A stretch of 64,000 bases of DNA from assembly GCF_009914755.1 (NCBI RefSeq), contig NC_060927.1, one strand, 5' to 3'. The notes below the pieces were generated by a model. That model did not search any database, was not told the origin of the DNA, and worked only from the letters and a program-made list of their open reading frames with translations. This document shows, piece by piece, positions 39,862 through 59,704 of this stretch. How positions within the stretch are numbered: position 1 is the first letter of the stretch; every line of letters begins with the position of its first letter. The position numbers and the translations under genes were made by a program. This DNA comes from the human T2T-CHM13v2.0 reference genome, Homo sapiens.

Positions 39862-40313
39862 TGTAGGGAGCTGAAGGCCCGTGGGACGTGACCAGCTCGT
39901 CATTCTGCTGGAGGCTATATAATCAAACAGCAAACTGTTTACCATGAATGCAGGATATGGGCAAATTCACACTGCACCTGCCACCAAAAGTTTTGCTGAG
40001 GGCCAACACTCCCTGGTGCCAGGCTCCTTGAAGTTATCTACTGAGAAATCTAGCGCCTATTGTTCAAAGGATGCAGTCTCAAGCCTGCCGTGAACCAAAG
40101 GGCCGACTGAAAATTACCCAACAACCACCACCCCCTTTTCTCGTTATCTCTTCTACCAATAAATACGGAGGGCTGTGTAAAGCTCAGGGCCCTTGTCCAC
40201 TAGAGGCAAGTTGCCCCCGACCCCTTCTTCTAAATATACCCTTTTGTCTCTTGTCTTTTATTATCATGTTCGTCCCCCTTTGTTCAGTCCACCAGGGTCC
40301 GTGGCTGGCTACA
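39862..40313 (+). mobile_element. LTR22-like solo LTR (HERV-K HML-5 group)
   Basis: 452 bp, termini TGTAG...CTACA, perfect 5-bp TSD GAGTG (39857-39861 and 40314-40318); tgaaggcccgtgggacgtgacc...atcaaacagcaaactgttta recalled as LTR22. Confidence 0.8.
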
Positions 40314-40339
40314 GAGTGGACCTTGAAATCACACAATAG

Positions 40340-40580
40340 CTACCCTTTCTGAATCCTTACAGCATGCCAGGCGGTGTGCCCAGCACTTAATGTACATTCT
40401 TCCATCTACTCTCTACCATGATCTTAAGGGATGGATGCTATTATCATGACTTTTCAAATGAGGAAACTGAGGCTCAGAGAGAAGGTAAGTCCCTTTCCCA
40501 AGGTCGCTCAGCTAGTAAGTGACAGACTTGGAAGTCAAAACCAAAGCCATTCAAACTGACTCCTAACTGCCATGCAGCAG
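40340..40580 (-). mobile_element. MIR
   Basis: aaatgaggaaactgaggctcagagag...cccaaggtcgctcagctagtaagtgacaga. Confidence 0.85.
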
Positions 40581-40659
40581 ACTGGATTGAGTTCAGCAAA
40601 AAGGGTACTGTGTGATGATAAGAAACTCTTGCATTCCCAGCTCAATATGGTGCCTCTCA

Positions 40660-40950
<291 letters not shown>

Positions 40951-43480
40951 CTAACTTTGTCCTCATAGAATGCTTAAGCAGCCCTGCAGCCACCAGCTCA
41001 GCCTTTTGCACAAGGCCGAACTTTAGACTTATAGCTACAAATTAGTAGTGGCTGATAACCAACTAGATCACTGCAATTGGTAATCTACAATTTTATTTTG
41101 CAATGACTGATTGCCTCATTCTATAAGAAGTTAGTGCTATTAACTTGTGCAATAATGACTTAGCTTCTGTAAATAGTTCTGTGTTTCCTAAATGAATTAC
41201 AGGCATGGGCCCAAATATTCCTGTGTTAGGAAACAGTGGAAAATTCATGAAAAAATACCCAAACTGATGAAAGTGGAACAGTTTCTCTTACTTAAACTTG
41301 TTCATTTTCACCATTACTTATGATGAATGAGCAAAAGGTAAAAAGCAAACAAAACAAAACAGCAACAAAAAAATACTTTTCCTTAAATGTTACTATTTGA
41401 TCAATGATTCAAAGATAAAAGGTTCAAGTTCCTAATTGGAGAAAGTTGTAGAGAATCACTCAGGTACCTGAAGAATGAAAACAAACACTTAAATTAGCTT
41501 TGTGCGGCCTGTGGATATCTTAATCCTTGAAAATCAAAATTAACTAGGCTAATTTTAAGAAAGAATAGCAGTGATGCAAGTGTTTCAGACTCACACAAAT
41601 GATTTTATATAGGAATATAATTTACACGTAGTCACTAAATTCCAAGACATGACCACTCTTGAAGGAAAATAAAATTGATACAATAGGTGCGTTTGGTTAT
41701 GTTACCTACACTCAGATGAAATATCATTGACCTACTAAATAAATAAAAATAATAGTGACATAAAGTTCACCACAAAGTATTTTGGCACAGTTCCGTCTCT
41801 CACATACACAGCTATTTCAGTTCTCTCAAGATAAAGCTGGTTGCCACTCCATGACCTCTTTTCAGAGGACGGTCCTTTCAGCAAGGGAATTTGAGGACTG
41901 AAGGTATTAGAGTCCCTCCCTTGCTCAAGAACCGGTCTCACTTAAGGAGGGAGGAAGAAGCTTTTCCTTGAGAAGGTTTGGAGATCCTGGTATAGATTGT
42001 GAAAGGAGGGGCTGGGAAAGGAGAACCCCAGCCTCGGGAGCCTTCTCGGGTCAGTCTTGATAGTGCCTTGAAAATCTAGAAATGGATTCCTTTAAGCTCT
42101 TCCTGTTCTCCAAGTCTCGGGAAACTCCTGTGTACCCAACCTGGGGGTGGCCTGTTCTGGTTTGCAGTTACTCTTGTCGAGGCATGGGGTTGTGTGAGGA
42201 CTGTCTCTTAGAAGATCTTACAGGGAGTAATTCATGGATAAGGGAAGGCTGAGTATCTCTGTCAATGTGGCTTAGCCCAGTTAATATATTTTGTGTGTTT
42301 ATGGAGTCAGATAACTCTTTAGCCAAATCCTGGCTCTTGGTGGTATGTGAGTATGAGAAAAATTATTCAACCTCTCTGAATCTTAGTCCCCTCATCTGTT
42401 AAAGGGGGAAGATATCAGGACCTTCCCCATGGCACTAGCATGAGGATCAAATGAGATAATGTGCATGCATATTTGCATTTAAGTTTCAAGCAGTCAGCTA
42501 GTGGCTTATGAATTGGCATGGTGATGCAGGACTCCATTCAAGTTAGTGGCAAATGGTCAACACATGTGACCCCAGAATCTTTTACTAAGAAATTCAGCTT
42601 TCCCTGTAAGGTATGTGACTGCAGGGAAGACGCTCAGAGATTCAGCTCACTCACCTTTGGAGTGTGGGACACACTTTGGATTGTAACTAGTTCAAGACTT
42701 TTAGGTTTCCTAATGGAAGACATCTGAGCATAAACTAGTCAAAGGGCATGAAGGGATTTCTGTGAAATACACCCCTCACCACAATCTATTCTCAGTTATA
42801 TCCTAAATGATGAGAATGACTAGCCACTATGTAAATGAATAGTGATATTCAAAATTAAATAATTTCACGGTACTAAAAAGTTGATCATAAATAAATTAAA
42901 TAGTCATGTGGCTCATATAGTCTCCTCTCAAATATCATACAGCATCAGTCTTCATATATATTGATAAGCACAAGATATCCATAAAATCATAGGCTCTGGA
43001 GCCTTCCAGAGAGATTCTCATAGATAGAATCATTCATTGTAGCTGACATTAGTAAGTCAATTCAACTTAGATAGCTCACAGCTGTCCAGGCTGTTGTATT
43101 TACTGAGCCATGGACTACCTTGTTTTCAAGCATGCTTGAGAAAATTACTTGTAAGACTGTTTCTCTTCTGGGCACACTCAAGTGTTTTAGAATGAACTCC
43201 ATAACTGCAGATTCAACATTGGATCAGGCTCGGTGTAATAATAATATCAAAAATTATTGCTTTAATAATGTCTTGAAGTTGCCTGGAATCCCATGACTTG
43301 CCTTCTCTTAGTAATTCAGCCAGATAAGGTATCAGTGAGTGTTTGTGTGTGCAAAGAGCAAGGTACTTTAAGAAACAACAAGAATCTCAAGATCAAGGTG
43401 AAAGGATCTTCTCAACATGCTCTAAAAGAGTCATCTTCTTTGGAGGGTGGCCACTGCCCTTCCTGAGAACCTCATGCCTT

Positions 43481-43791
<311 letters not shown>

Positions 43792-44105
43792 CTCATGCCT
43801 TCTTTACAGTGAGAAAACAGGGCTCCAGGGCCAAGAAAGTTTCCTTGGCAGGTGGTTTGGTTCCTTTCCTGGGATCTTTCAGTTATTCTTCTCCATTGCT
43901 GAGTTTATGCAAACTTTTAAGGAGATTCTCTCCTTCATGCTCCTCTCCTTTTTACGTATGTTGAAATATTATGAAAAGTATAAAGTGCAATGTAAATGTA
44001 AGGGCTTCCCATACCATGTGTGTGCCTGACATGGTGCCAGGTACTGCTGGGAGCATAAAAGCATCACGTGATGTGGAAAGCATGCTAGATACCCTTTGTC
44101 AAATG

Positions 44106-44388
44106 CAGTGTTTCCAAAAGTGGGAATACCCACCACCGGTGATGTCTGAGATGATGCTAGGTGGTACACAAAGAAACATTTTATTATAAAAGTTACAATT
44201 TATGTTTCGATAGGTATGTGGGCATTTATTATCATGTCTGATAGGAAAAAATATAATTAGTATAACAATAATATTAAAGGTATTATTATGTAGGACAGGG
44301 TAAGTAAAATAAATTGATTTATTTGAAACTGAGAAAAAAACTAATAGTACAGGGGCTACATGGATAGGGTAAAGTCTGGAAAATATTG
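44106..44388. mobile_element. hAT-Charlie-type MITE (subfamily uncertain)
   Basis: Degenerate TIRs cagtgtttccaaa...tctggaaaatattg; internal taggtggtacac. Confidence 0.5.
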
Positions 44389-45353
44389 AGGCCCAGCAAA
44401 GAGGATGGGTCTATCTCACCCAAGATCAGATAGTGAGCAAGAGGCAGCGATGAAGACTGCTATGTCTTCCAATTCCCAGGAGCTTCCAGGCCATTCGAAT
44501 GTAGTAGGGACTACTTCCTTTTCTTACTGGTCATGTCCTCAGTCCAGATTTGAGTTCACTATGAAGAAGGTATAATACTTTTCTGTGTGTATCAGCTGAA
44601 GAATTTAACCTGAACAGTGAAGTGTTAAAATCTGCAACAGTGCATTTCAAACACAGGTATTGAACATATTACTGTCAACAGCTTATAAAAGATGAGCTGA
44701 AACCTTAAAAACTGGCTGAAACCTGGCTCTTTGCAAAACCTCAGCAGTTGGACATAACTAGCGCAAGGAGGCAGCAGCCAAGTCAGTTCAGCATGTGGTG
44801 TACCTCCCAACCTGCAGCCTCCTTCCCAGACATGTCAGGCCAGAATCACCACCATTCCCAATTCCCATTCACTTAAACATCAATGAGGAAGACTGAAACC
44901 AGGAAGGTTTCGATAAGAGACGGAAAAAGACCTAATCTCTGTCCATACCTCATTTGTAATAATGATGACTATTCATTTGGCACTGTGTCTATGTAATATC
45001 TGAGCCTCATATCACTGCAGGCCAGCATGCTTATCCCCATTTTGCACATGAAGTAACAGAAGTCCCAGGCAAATTAACTTGCCCAAATGGAAAAGTTGGG
45101 TCTCAATTCCAGGCTTGTCTGAGTATAAAGTCACAAGACTCATACTTAATATTGTGTCATACATGGATAATGGAAAGACATATGAAGTGATATTGAATAA
45201 TATGACACATGAAATTCAATGCTAGCCTACATAGTAGAGACTTTTGGCACTGAAATAGTTGAGAGTAAGAGAAATCACTGTTTTATTCATTTATCTAGCC
45301 AAACTCATTTTGTATTCCCTACCATGTTCTAGGCACTTGTTACTGATATGAAG

Positions 45354-45578
45354 CAGAGGTTAGCAAACGATAGCCCACGGGCAAAGTTCAGCCTACTGTC
45401 TGTTTTTCTAAATAAAGCTTTATTAGAACACAGTCACATCTATTTGTGTGTGTATTGTCTGTGGCTTTTTTTGTGCTACAGCGGCAGAGTTGAATAGTTG
45501 TGGCAGAGACCTTTAGCCCCGGAAAAAACTAAAATATTTACTTTTTGGCGCTTTATAGAAAAAGTTTGCTGACCCTTG
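45354..45578. mobile_element. MER58A (hAT-Charlie)
   Basis: cagaggttagcaaac...aataaagctttattagaacacagtcac...aaagtttgctgacccttg. Confidence 0.9.
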
Positions 45579-46523
45579 ATCAAAGCGTCCCAGACTTTGT
45601 ATAAGAGGTGAGACTTGATTAAGAAAGGAAGATTAACGTTCTGAGAAGGGGTCACAAACTCTGAATTCTAATTTGGTCCCATTGCTCAGTCTTCACATGA
45701 CCTAGAGAAAATAGCAGCACCTTTGAGCTTCATTGTTCTAATTTATAAAATGGGGATAGCATGGCCTGTTAAAGTGCCTCCTCTGTTTCCGTGGGTTAAA
45801 TGACACAGCATGTGCTAAATAATGATTAATAGTTACATTTTATTGCCTACTTATTGATGAGGTATTTTTCTAAGCCATTTTCATACAATTTCTTATTCAA
45901 ACCTCAATGTAATCCAATGAAAGGTTTGCTTGGAATAAAGGATTTACTTATTAAAAATTATTCACATGCTTTATTCTTTTGTCTTCCTGGGGATATGATC
46001 TTTGTTCTTCTTGGTCCAAGGTTTGATACCTGGAGCAGAGGGCAGGAATGGGGAGGAAGATTAGGATTTGTTAAGGAAGGAAGTCAGAGACAAAGGAGAT
46101 ACTCCTTAGTTTCTGAGATGCAAAGGCCGATTAGACATCAGACAACTTGCAAATTGGAGAATATTCTTGGAATAAGGTTTAAAATTGGTATTGCCTCTTT
46201 CAGAGTATCAGTAGCAGGGGCAAGGGGGCAAGTGTGTGGACCCAGTTTATAGTTGCCCCAAGTTGTGGAGCATAGATCACTTCTGCTCACACAGCTAGGC
46301 TAGCTTTAAGGTTTCAGGGTGTACAGGAAATAAATGGTAGGAAGTGAAAGGAGTGAGCGAGGAGGGAGAACAAGAAGAAGAGATGTGGTCTGGCTTTCTC
46401 CAATGCTTTGAGTAGGGGTGGAGGCAGTTATACGTGAGGGTTTAATGGAGGGAACGGGGCTTATTGCCTCATCCATTTAAGAACTTGGACAAGCATCTCA
46501 TCTTGGGCTGCCTCAGCATTCAC

Positions 46524-46786
46524 CTGGGGTAAGTTGTACAGGTGGTTCACAGAACAACTTTGCAGGCTGTAGCTTTCTCAGTCCCAGTGTGCACCTGCCA
46601 TGGGGCTCTCTGTCACATGGTATAGAAGGAAGACCCTGCAGAAGTTTAGATCTGTAGCCAGCAGGAGCGAGGAGAGGTAGAGACAGCTGGGGAGCAGCCA
46701 TGGGCTTGGTCCAAGCCGAGACAGATCCAGGCTCCAACTGTGAGTGCCAGCATGGCCACAGTGATCAGGGGACCAGGAACTTGTCC
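46524..46786 (-). other. Candidate 263-nt exon containing small ORFs
   Basis: Minus-strand acceptor ttctctcgtctccag|G and donor CAG|GTGAAT; GC-rich unique sequence. Confidence 0.35.
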
Positions 46787-47109
46787 CTGGAGACGAGAGA
46801 ACTCCCAAACCCAAAACCCTGAGCTCCCCATCAGCCTGATGTCATAAAAGACTCCCCCACTTTCTCACCAAGACACCTGGCTTCCTGTTAGACGAGGAAT
46901 ACAGGGAGGGGAGCCTCTGAGAGTCTATGCATTTTTATGAAGAGAGACCGAACTAAAGAGGGTGTGTAATTTTTAGATTATATTCAGTTTTAAGCAGGAT
47001 TATATATTTAATTTTCTCTCCTCATTTCTCCTGCCCCTGCCACACTTCTATTAGTGGTAAATGGAGGTGAGGAAGTCAGATTAATTTTAGTCAAAACTGT
47101 TTACAAATA

Positions 47110-47462
47110 CAGCTGGCAGCCAACCCTTCATATCCCTGAGTTCTCCATGTGTAGATTCAACCAATCACAGATAAAAAAATTCAGAAAAAAATGGAAGGTT
47201 GCATCTGTACTGAACAAGCACAGACTTTTTATCCTTGTTGTTATTCCCTAAAAATACAGTATCACAACTATTTACATAGCACTTACATTGTGTTAGGGAT
47301 TATAAGTAATCTAGAGATGATTTAAAGTATGCAGGAGGATGTGTGTAGGTTACATGCAAATACTATGCCATTATATATCAGAGACTTGAGCATTCATGGA
47401 TTTTGGTACCCACGATATCAGGGGTCTTGGAACAAATTCCCCCATGGATACTGAAGGACAAC

Positions 47463-47464
<2 letters not shown>
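47110..47464 (-). mobile_element. MER2, followed by (GT)16 at 47466-47497
   Basis: Reverse-complement homologue of 18167-18511; preceded by TA. Confidence 0.88.
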
Positions 47465-47500
<36 letters not shown>

Positions 47501-48549
47501 GAAAGTCAATTATTGAAAACAGACTGGCTACTTCCTTACTTCCCTATAGATGATCTGAACTGCAGCCCACTCAAGGGTCCCAAGGCAAGAAGGGGACTGT
47601 CCTTCAGAGATGTGCATTATTGCCCTGTTTGTGTTTGAGTGTCACATTAAAGAAAAGGTTGAAAGCAGTGTTGGGACTGGAAGGGCCCTAGATCTGCAGG
47701 AGAGTTTGCCGGGAGTTTTCTCTCCTGGTTTGCAGTTGCTCAGAACTGGTACTGAGGCAAGAGCAGGTAGTAATTAGATAGCAGGGTGGGGAGGGCAAGG
47801 GTGACAACTCGGAGTCACTTGGAGAGATAGGAGGAGGGGTGGTCCTTTTCCCTCCCTACCAAAAGATCAGAGCTACCCTTTGAAACCCTGACTGTGGTCT
47901 AGCTAGCTGGCAAATACTCCCTCCCGCATGCCAGAAAGAAAACAAACACTGAGCCCTTGGAACACCATCTGCCGAGCGTCTCCTGGTACATGCTGGCTGC
48001 CTGATTTTGAGGGATTCAGAAGTTATTTATGTTTCAAGCTTGAACAGCAATCTCTAAACACTGTCTTCCCTACCAGGAAACCATTTCCCCTTTTCCATGA
48101 GAGGTCTATGAGCTCTCTGATCACTTCAGTGGGAAGAAGCTGTCAAGACAGTTTATCTGGAGCTTCTACTTTGGGGAGAAAAAAACTATTTTTTTAAAAA
48201 AAGTGGACAGAGTTGTGAAGTGTATCTAATAAGGCCTGGCTTTGGCACCTGGACACATAGCATTCACCCCAAATCTCTTCTAGCAGGTAGGCAGGTTTCT
48301 GAGTTACAATGTATAGTGCCGAAAGGTGGCTAAGTCTGGAGTGAAAGCCAAGCACACCCAGAGCCTCCACCTGCCAGAGCAGTCACGAAGAAGCACCAAG
48401 CACGAGTGGGATTTTGTCCAAGGAGAACATTTGTTCTGTGGATGTTCATTTGTTTGTGTCAGTCTTATTGTGACTTTTTATTTAGTTTTTATTTCTGTTG
48501 AATAACCAACTTTTTAGAAAAGAACTTACTTATTTTTAATTAACAATTA

Positions 48550-48939
48550 TTTTTAATTAAAAATTGCATATGTCATGGTGTTCAACATGATGATTTGGTA
48601 TATGTACGCATTGTGTAATGGTTAAATCAAGCTATTTAACATATACATTACCTTACATAATTATCTTTTTTTGTTGTTGCAGCATGGACACTTAAAATCT
48701 ACTTTCTTAGCAATTTTCAAATATACAATTATGTGGTTATTCACTGTAGTCACCATAATGTACACTAGATCTCTTGAACTTATTCTTCCTCATTAAAATG
48801 TGTGTCTTTTCACTGACATCTCCCTAATCCCCTCACCCCCTGGCCTCTTATGACCACCATTTTGCTCTCTGTTTCTATGAGTTTGACTTTTTTACATTTC
48901 ACATACAAATGAGATCATGTGGTATTTGATTTTCTGTGC
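48550..48939 (-). mobile_element. L1MA 3' end
   Basis: cacttaaaatctactttcttagcaattttcaa...agatctcttgaacttatt...gagatcatgtggtatttg. Confidence 0.85.
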
Positions 48940-49188
48940 AAAGGAATGGGTTTGTGGATAACATTTCCCCCTGTTGTTTTTTGTTTCCATGTACTGCCCA
49001 TATTTTCATATTTTCTATAATGAGTATACATTTCTTTACTTCTCAGAAAAAAAAAATCTTTAACAAATAGGAATAAAAACTTCACTTGTATCAGCTACTG
49101 ACCTCCCATGCCCTCAGATTATATTGAGGGTTGGGGAGATGTGAGAGAATCATGATGATGAGGAGGAGAACCCAGGCCTTCTTTTCAG

Positions 49189-49271
49189 GCTTAATACCTG
49201 CCTCACTGCCCCCCGCCCTCTGCCACCAATTAATGAAGAAATCTACAAACTACTCTGCGTCAGAAACTATG
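49189..49271 (+). other. Candidate 83-nt exon
   Basis: Acceptor ccttcttttcag|G and donor ATG|GTGAGT. Confidence 0.3.
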
Positions 49272-50079
49272 GTGAGTTTAGATACTGTTTGGGAATTATT
49301 GTGTAATTTTCATGGGGGTATAATATGTTGAGGATATACAGGAGAAAGTCCGTATTTGTAGAAAATATAGGTGGTGATGTTGAAGGATGAAGTGTCATAA
49401 TGTCTGCTGCTTAATTTAAAATGGTCAGATAAAAGGGCAAATGTGAAGCAAATAACGCAAAATGCTAACAGTTGTTGAGTTTAGTGATTGCTATATGTGT
49501 ATTCCTTGTACCCTTCTTTTAACTTTTCTATTCATTTCAAAAAGTACATATTACAAAATTGGAAACAAAAGCAATCACTCCTATCAGTCTCCCCTTTCTT
49601 TCAGCATTTTCTATTTTTTTATTTTTGTTTTGTTCCTTTCTTACCTTGTTCTCACCTGCCTGAACCAGCATCCAGGCGTGGCTGGTGGGGAAGCCTGTTC
49701 ATGGTGGGGATGAGAAAAGGACATCATTCAGGAAACTCATCAATGTCATCCTTCCTGCCATTTGACACCCAGCACTCCTTTCCTCTGACACCTGTGTGTT
49801 TGTACAAGACTATTCATTGCACTGTTGTTTATAACACGTTTAAATTGGAAGTAGCCTTCATTTCCATCATAAGGAGAGTGGTTAAATAGTTTAAAGTACT
49901 TCTATACAATGAAGTACCATGTAAGCTAAGGCAAGTTTGTGTGTGTTTTTGTTATTTTATTATTTAGGTAGTTCAGAAAATAGCAAAAGGGAAAGCAAAA
50001 ACAAATCGCTCAATTTCCCACCCTTAAAAACAACTAACCAGACACAGATAGACATCCTACTATGAATGTGGGTACTTTA

Positions 50080-50995
50080 AATGACATCCCAAAAGAGAAT
50101 ATCCATCCACATGGCTACTGAACATATAGAAAGATACTCAGTCTAATTGGTAATCCAGGAAATGAAAATGGAAGCTGTAGTGAGGTACATCTATGCACCA
50201 ACCAGACTGGCTGAAATAAGAGTCTCATGCTATAAGGTGTTAGGGAGGATGTGGAACAACTGGAATGCATAAACACTGCAATTGGGAGTGTTAGTACAGC
50301 CACCTTGGAAAAACAATTGGGCATTATATAATAAAGTTAGAGATACACGTACTCTATGAATATTTCCTGAAAATATTCTCTATTGAAATTCATGCACATA
50401 TACAGCAAAATACATATGAGAATATTTATAAGTGCATATTTGTAATAAAACTGCCAATAGTTCAAATACCTATAAATGGTGGGAATTTATAAATAAGTTA
50501 TTAGGTAGTTTTACAATAGAATATTATACTGAAAGAAAATGAACAAATTATAGCTATAAGAAACAATTTGAATTAATCTTAACAAACATAATGTTAAGCA
50601 AAATGAGCATGAAAAAGAATTCATACAATCTGATTCAATTTATATGTGGTCCAAAAAGCAGGTAAAATAAGATGATATTGTTTAGGTTTGCTTGCATGGA
50701 AGGTTAAATCATAAACAAAATCAAGGAAATAATGACCTTGAAAATTTGCATGGTCGTTAACTCAGTAGGGAGAGAGAAGATTGTGATTGCTGCAGCTACA
50801 CTGGGCCTCTAGGATGCTGGCAATATGCTATATCTTCTCCTGGGCAGTGGTAATATATGAGTTCATTTTGTTGCTAAATATATACATATTACATACATTC
50901 TCTCTCTGTCTCTGTCTCTGTCTCTTTATATGCACACACTCACACACGTATAACTCCTCTATACGTCTCTGTGATTATTACAATAAAAAAGTTAG
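50080..50995 (+). mobile_element. Old L1M (L1ME-like) 3' region
   Basis: gaggatgtggaacaactggaa...tacagccaccttggaaaa...caaacataatgttaagcaaa. Confidence 0.75.
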
Positions 50996-52167
50996 AATTG
51001 ATACATAGAATGTAATTCTATTTTATCCTATCATTTCTAGATGGTTTTTTCCTATCTTTATATAATTATAGAGATGTTAATATCTTTTCATGTGCTTATG
51101 GTTATTCCATATACCTTCTTCTTGAGGTGTCCTCCTTAAAGTGTTAAAATATTTTATTCTTTTTTTCATTTTTTTCTTACCATTGAGTTGTAAAGGAAGA
51201 TATTTTATATGTTCAGAATACCAGTTCCTTGTCAAATGTATATGTATTGCAGGTATTTTCTCCCAGTCTGTGACTTACTTTCTCAATTTTTAAATCTTGA
51301 CTTTAGAAGAGCAGAAGTTTTTAATCTGATAAAGTATAATTTACTAGTTTTATTGTTTTATGCTCTTTTATATCCTTAAAAAAGTCTTTACATACTGCAC
51401 ATTTGTGAAGATTTCCTCCTACGCTTCCTTCTGGAAGTTTTATTGCTTTAGTCTTTAGGGTTCGGCCTATGATCTAATTTGGGTAATCTTTGCATGTAGT
51501 GTGAGTTACTGATGAAGTTTTATTTTTCCCATGCTAATACCCAGTTGTTCTAGCACTATTTGTTGAAAAGTCTATCATTTTTATCATTAAATTACCTCTT
51601 TACTTTTGTTAAAAATAAATTGACCAAATATGTGTGGATCTATTTCTGGATTCTCTATTCTGTTTCATTTATTTACATGTCTATCCTTATGCCAATACTA
51701 AACTCCTTTGGTTACTGGCTCCATAATAAGACTAAATCAGATAGTATAATTCCTCCAATGGTGTTCCTTTTTAGGAAAATTTTTTGATTACCCTAGATAT
51801 TCTGCATTTTTGTATAAATTTTGGAATGAGACTGTCAATCTCTACAAAAATATACTGTGATTTTGAATATATTAACCTATAGCTTAATTTGGGGAGAGCT
51901 GACATCTCAACACTATCAGTTTTTCTAATCCACAAGCATGGTATATCCCTCCATTTAAGTCTTTACTTTTTCTAAGCAATATTTTGTAGTTTTCTGTTTA
52001 CAAGTCTTGCGCATATTTTGTTAAATTTATTCCTAAGCACTTTATGATTTTAACCTTTTATTATAAATAATACTGTTTTTAAATTTTAAATTTCCAGTAG
52101 TTAATTTCTACTATTTAGAAATGAATTGATTTTTTGTGTATTGAGTTTGTATTCAGCAACCTTGCTG

Positions 52168-53168
52168 GACTAACCAGCCAGGAAGCAGAAACCACATCAG
52201 TCATCTGAACAGAACATTTTAATAAAGTTTAAAATATATATTTAATAAAGTATTATTAAATAGTGAAAGGGATTAGCTACTATAAGGAGTGAGAGAGAAC
52301 TCTAAGCAATCCAGGAAGGGCAAATATGGGGATTCGCAACTACCACAAGGACTAAGGCAGAGTATCCAAAAGTAGAAATAAGAACTCAGAAGAGTCTTAG
52401 TCCTTTTGTGCTGCTGTAACAAAATATCACAGACTGAGTAATTATAAACAACAGAAATTTATTTCCTCACAGTTCTGGAGGCTGGGAGGTCCAAGATCAG
52501 GGCATTGGCAGGTTCAGTTGTCTGATGAGGGCTGCTCTGTTCTTCCAAGAGGGTGCCTTGTTGCGGCAACCTCAGTGGTGGAAGACTTGAAGGGATGCTG
52601 TGTCTTCACATGGCACAAGGCAAAAGGGCAAGAAAGCCAAACAAACACAAATCACATTCATCCAGAAGGAATCCTTATGACCTAATCACTTTGTAAAGGC
52701 CCTAAGCTCTTAATACTATCACATTGGCCATTAAGTTTCAATACCTAAATTTTGGAGGGTGCCTTTCAAACCACAGCAGGGCTGTACCCCAACCTGGTTG
52801 AAACTTGCTTGGAGGGGGTGTTTCTGCAAGTCCAGTGGGTGATGGACATGTATGCTGAGCTGTTGATGGACTGGAGCTGGGCCATAGAAAGTCACCTGCT
52901 GGGGTGCAAGAGAAACTTCCTGGAGAGTGTCTGCCACTGGGTCTCCTGCATGCTGCTAGAGCCATACTTTATGGGGGAAAAACAGCTAGGAAGAGAAACC
53001 CTTTCCTCTTCTATGGCTTGCAAGGTCTCTCCAGCTCTCTCTACTGACAAAGACTGACATTGTAGAAGCTGACAAAGAACAAGCGTTTACAGGATTCAGC
53101 TCCATTATCCCCATGTAGGGTAGAGAGGTGGATTTGGAGCTTGGAGTTAATGCATTGATAAGTAGCAC
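52168..53168 (-). mobile_element. ERVL LTR (LTR41/LTR33 family), interrupted by an MST LTR
   Basis: ccaggaagcagaaaccac...ctctactgacaaag...cagctccattatc...ggtggatttggagct; ttgct near both junctions. Confidence 0.6.
52393..52778 (-). mobile_element. MSTC/MSTD-like solo LTR
   Basis: gtcttagtcc...tcacagttctggaggctggg...gtgtcttcacatggc...tcaaaccacagca. Confidence 0.8.
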
Positions 53169-53790
53169 GTTTGCTAAACATACTTATACTTCTTCTAGTA
53201 GCTTGGTCCTTTCCTTGGTAGTTTTTTCAGTAGTTTCTTGGCTGTTTTTTCATGTCGTCTCTTAATAAAATAATTTTACTCCCATCTTTCTGATATGGGT
53301 GCCCTTCACTTGTTTTTTCTTTCCTTAATGCATTGGATATGACCTCTAAGAGATTATTTTTTAAAGTAGGGAGAACAAACATCCTAGCCTTGCCCCGATC
53401 TTAGGGGTAAAGCATTCAAACTTTTACCATTAAGTATGAGGTAAGCGACAGGGTTTTGGAGTTTTTTTGGTAACATGCTCTTTATCAGGTTGGGATGTTT
53501 CCTTTCGTTCATAGTGTGGTAAAAGTCTTTATCATGAATGAGTACTGAATTTTGTCAAATGTTTTTCATGCATCTGTTGACATCATTATATGGTTTACTT
53601 CTTTTGTCTGTTCATATGATGAACTACATCAATAGCTTTTCCAATATTGAGACAACTTTTCATTTCTGGGATAAATTCTGCTTGATCTGAAGTTTTATTA
53701 TTTTATGTATTATTGCGTTTTTATTGTCAAATATTATTTTAAAGATTTTTATGTCTATATTCATGAAAAATATTGGTATGTAGTTTTCTT

Positions 53791-59704
<5,914 letters not shown>

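Noticed and set aside
41460-41471. 12-bp palindrome TCAGGTACCTGA at a minus-strand acceptor
   Set aside because: Weak donor (GTACCT), and several 12-bp palindromes are expected by chance.
44684-44691. TATAAAAG box
   Set aside because: No CpG island, initiator context or clear first-exon donor; an isolated 8-mer is uninformative.
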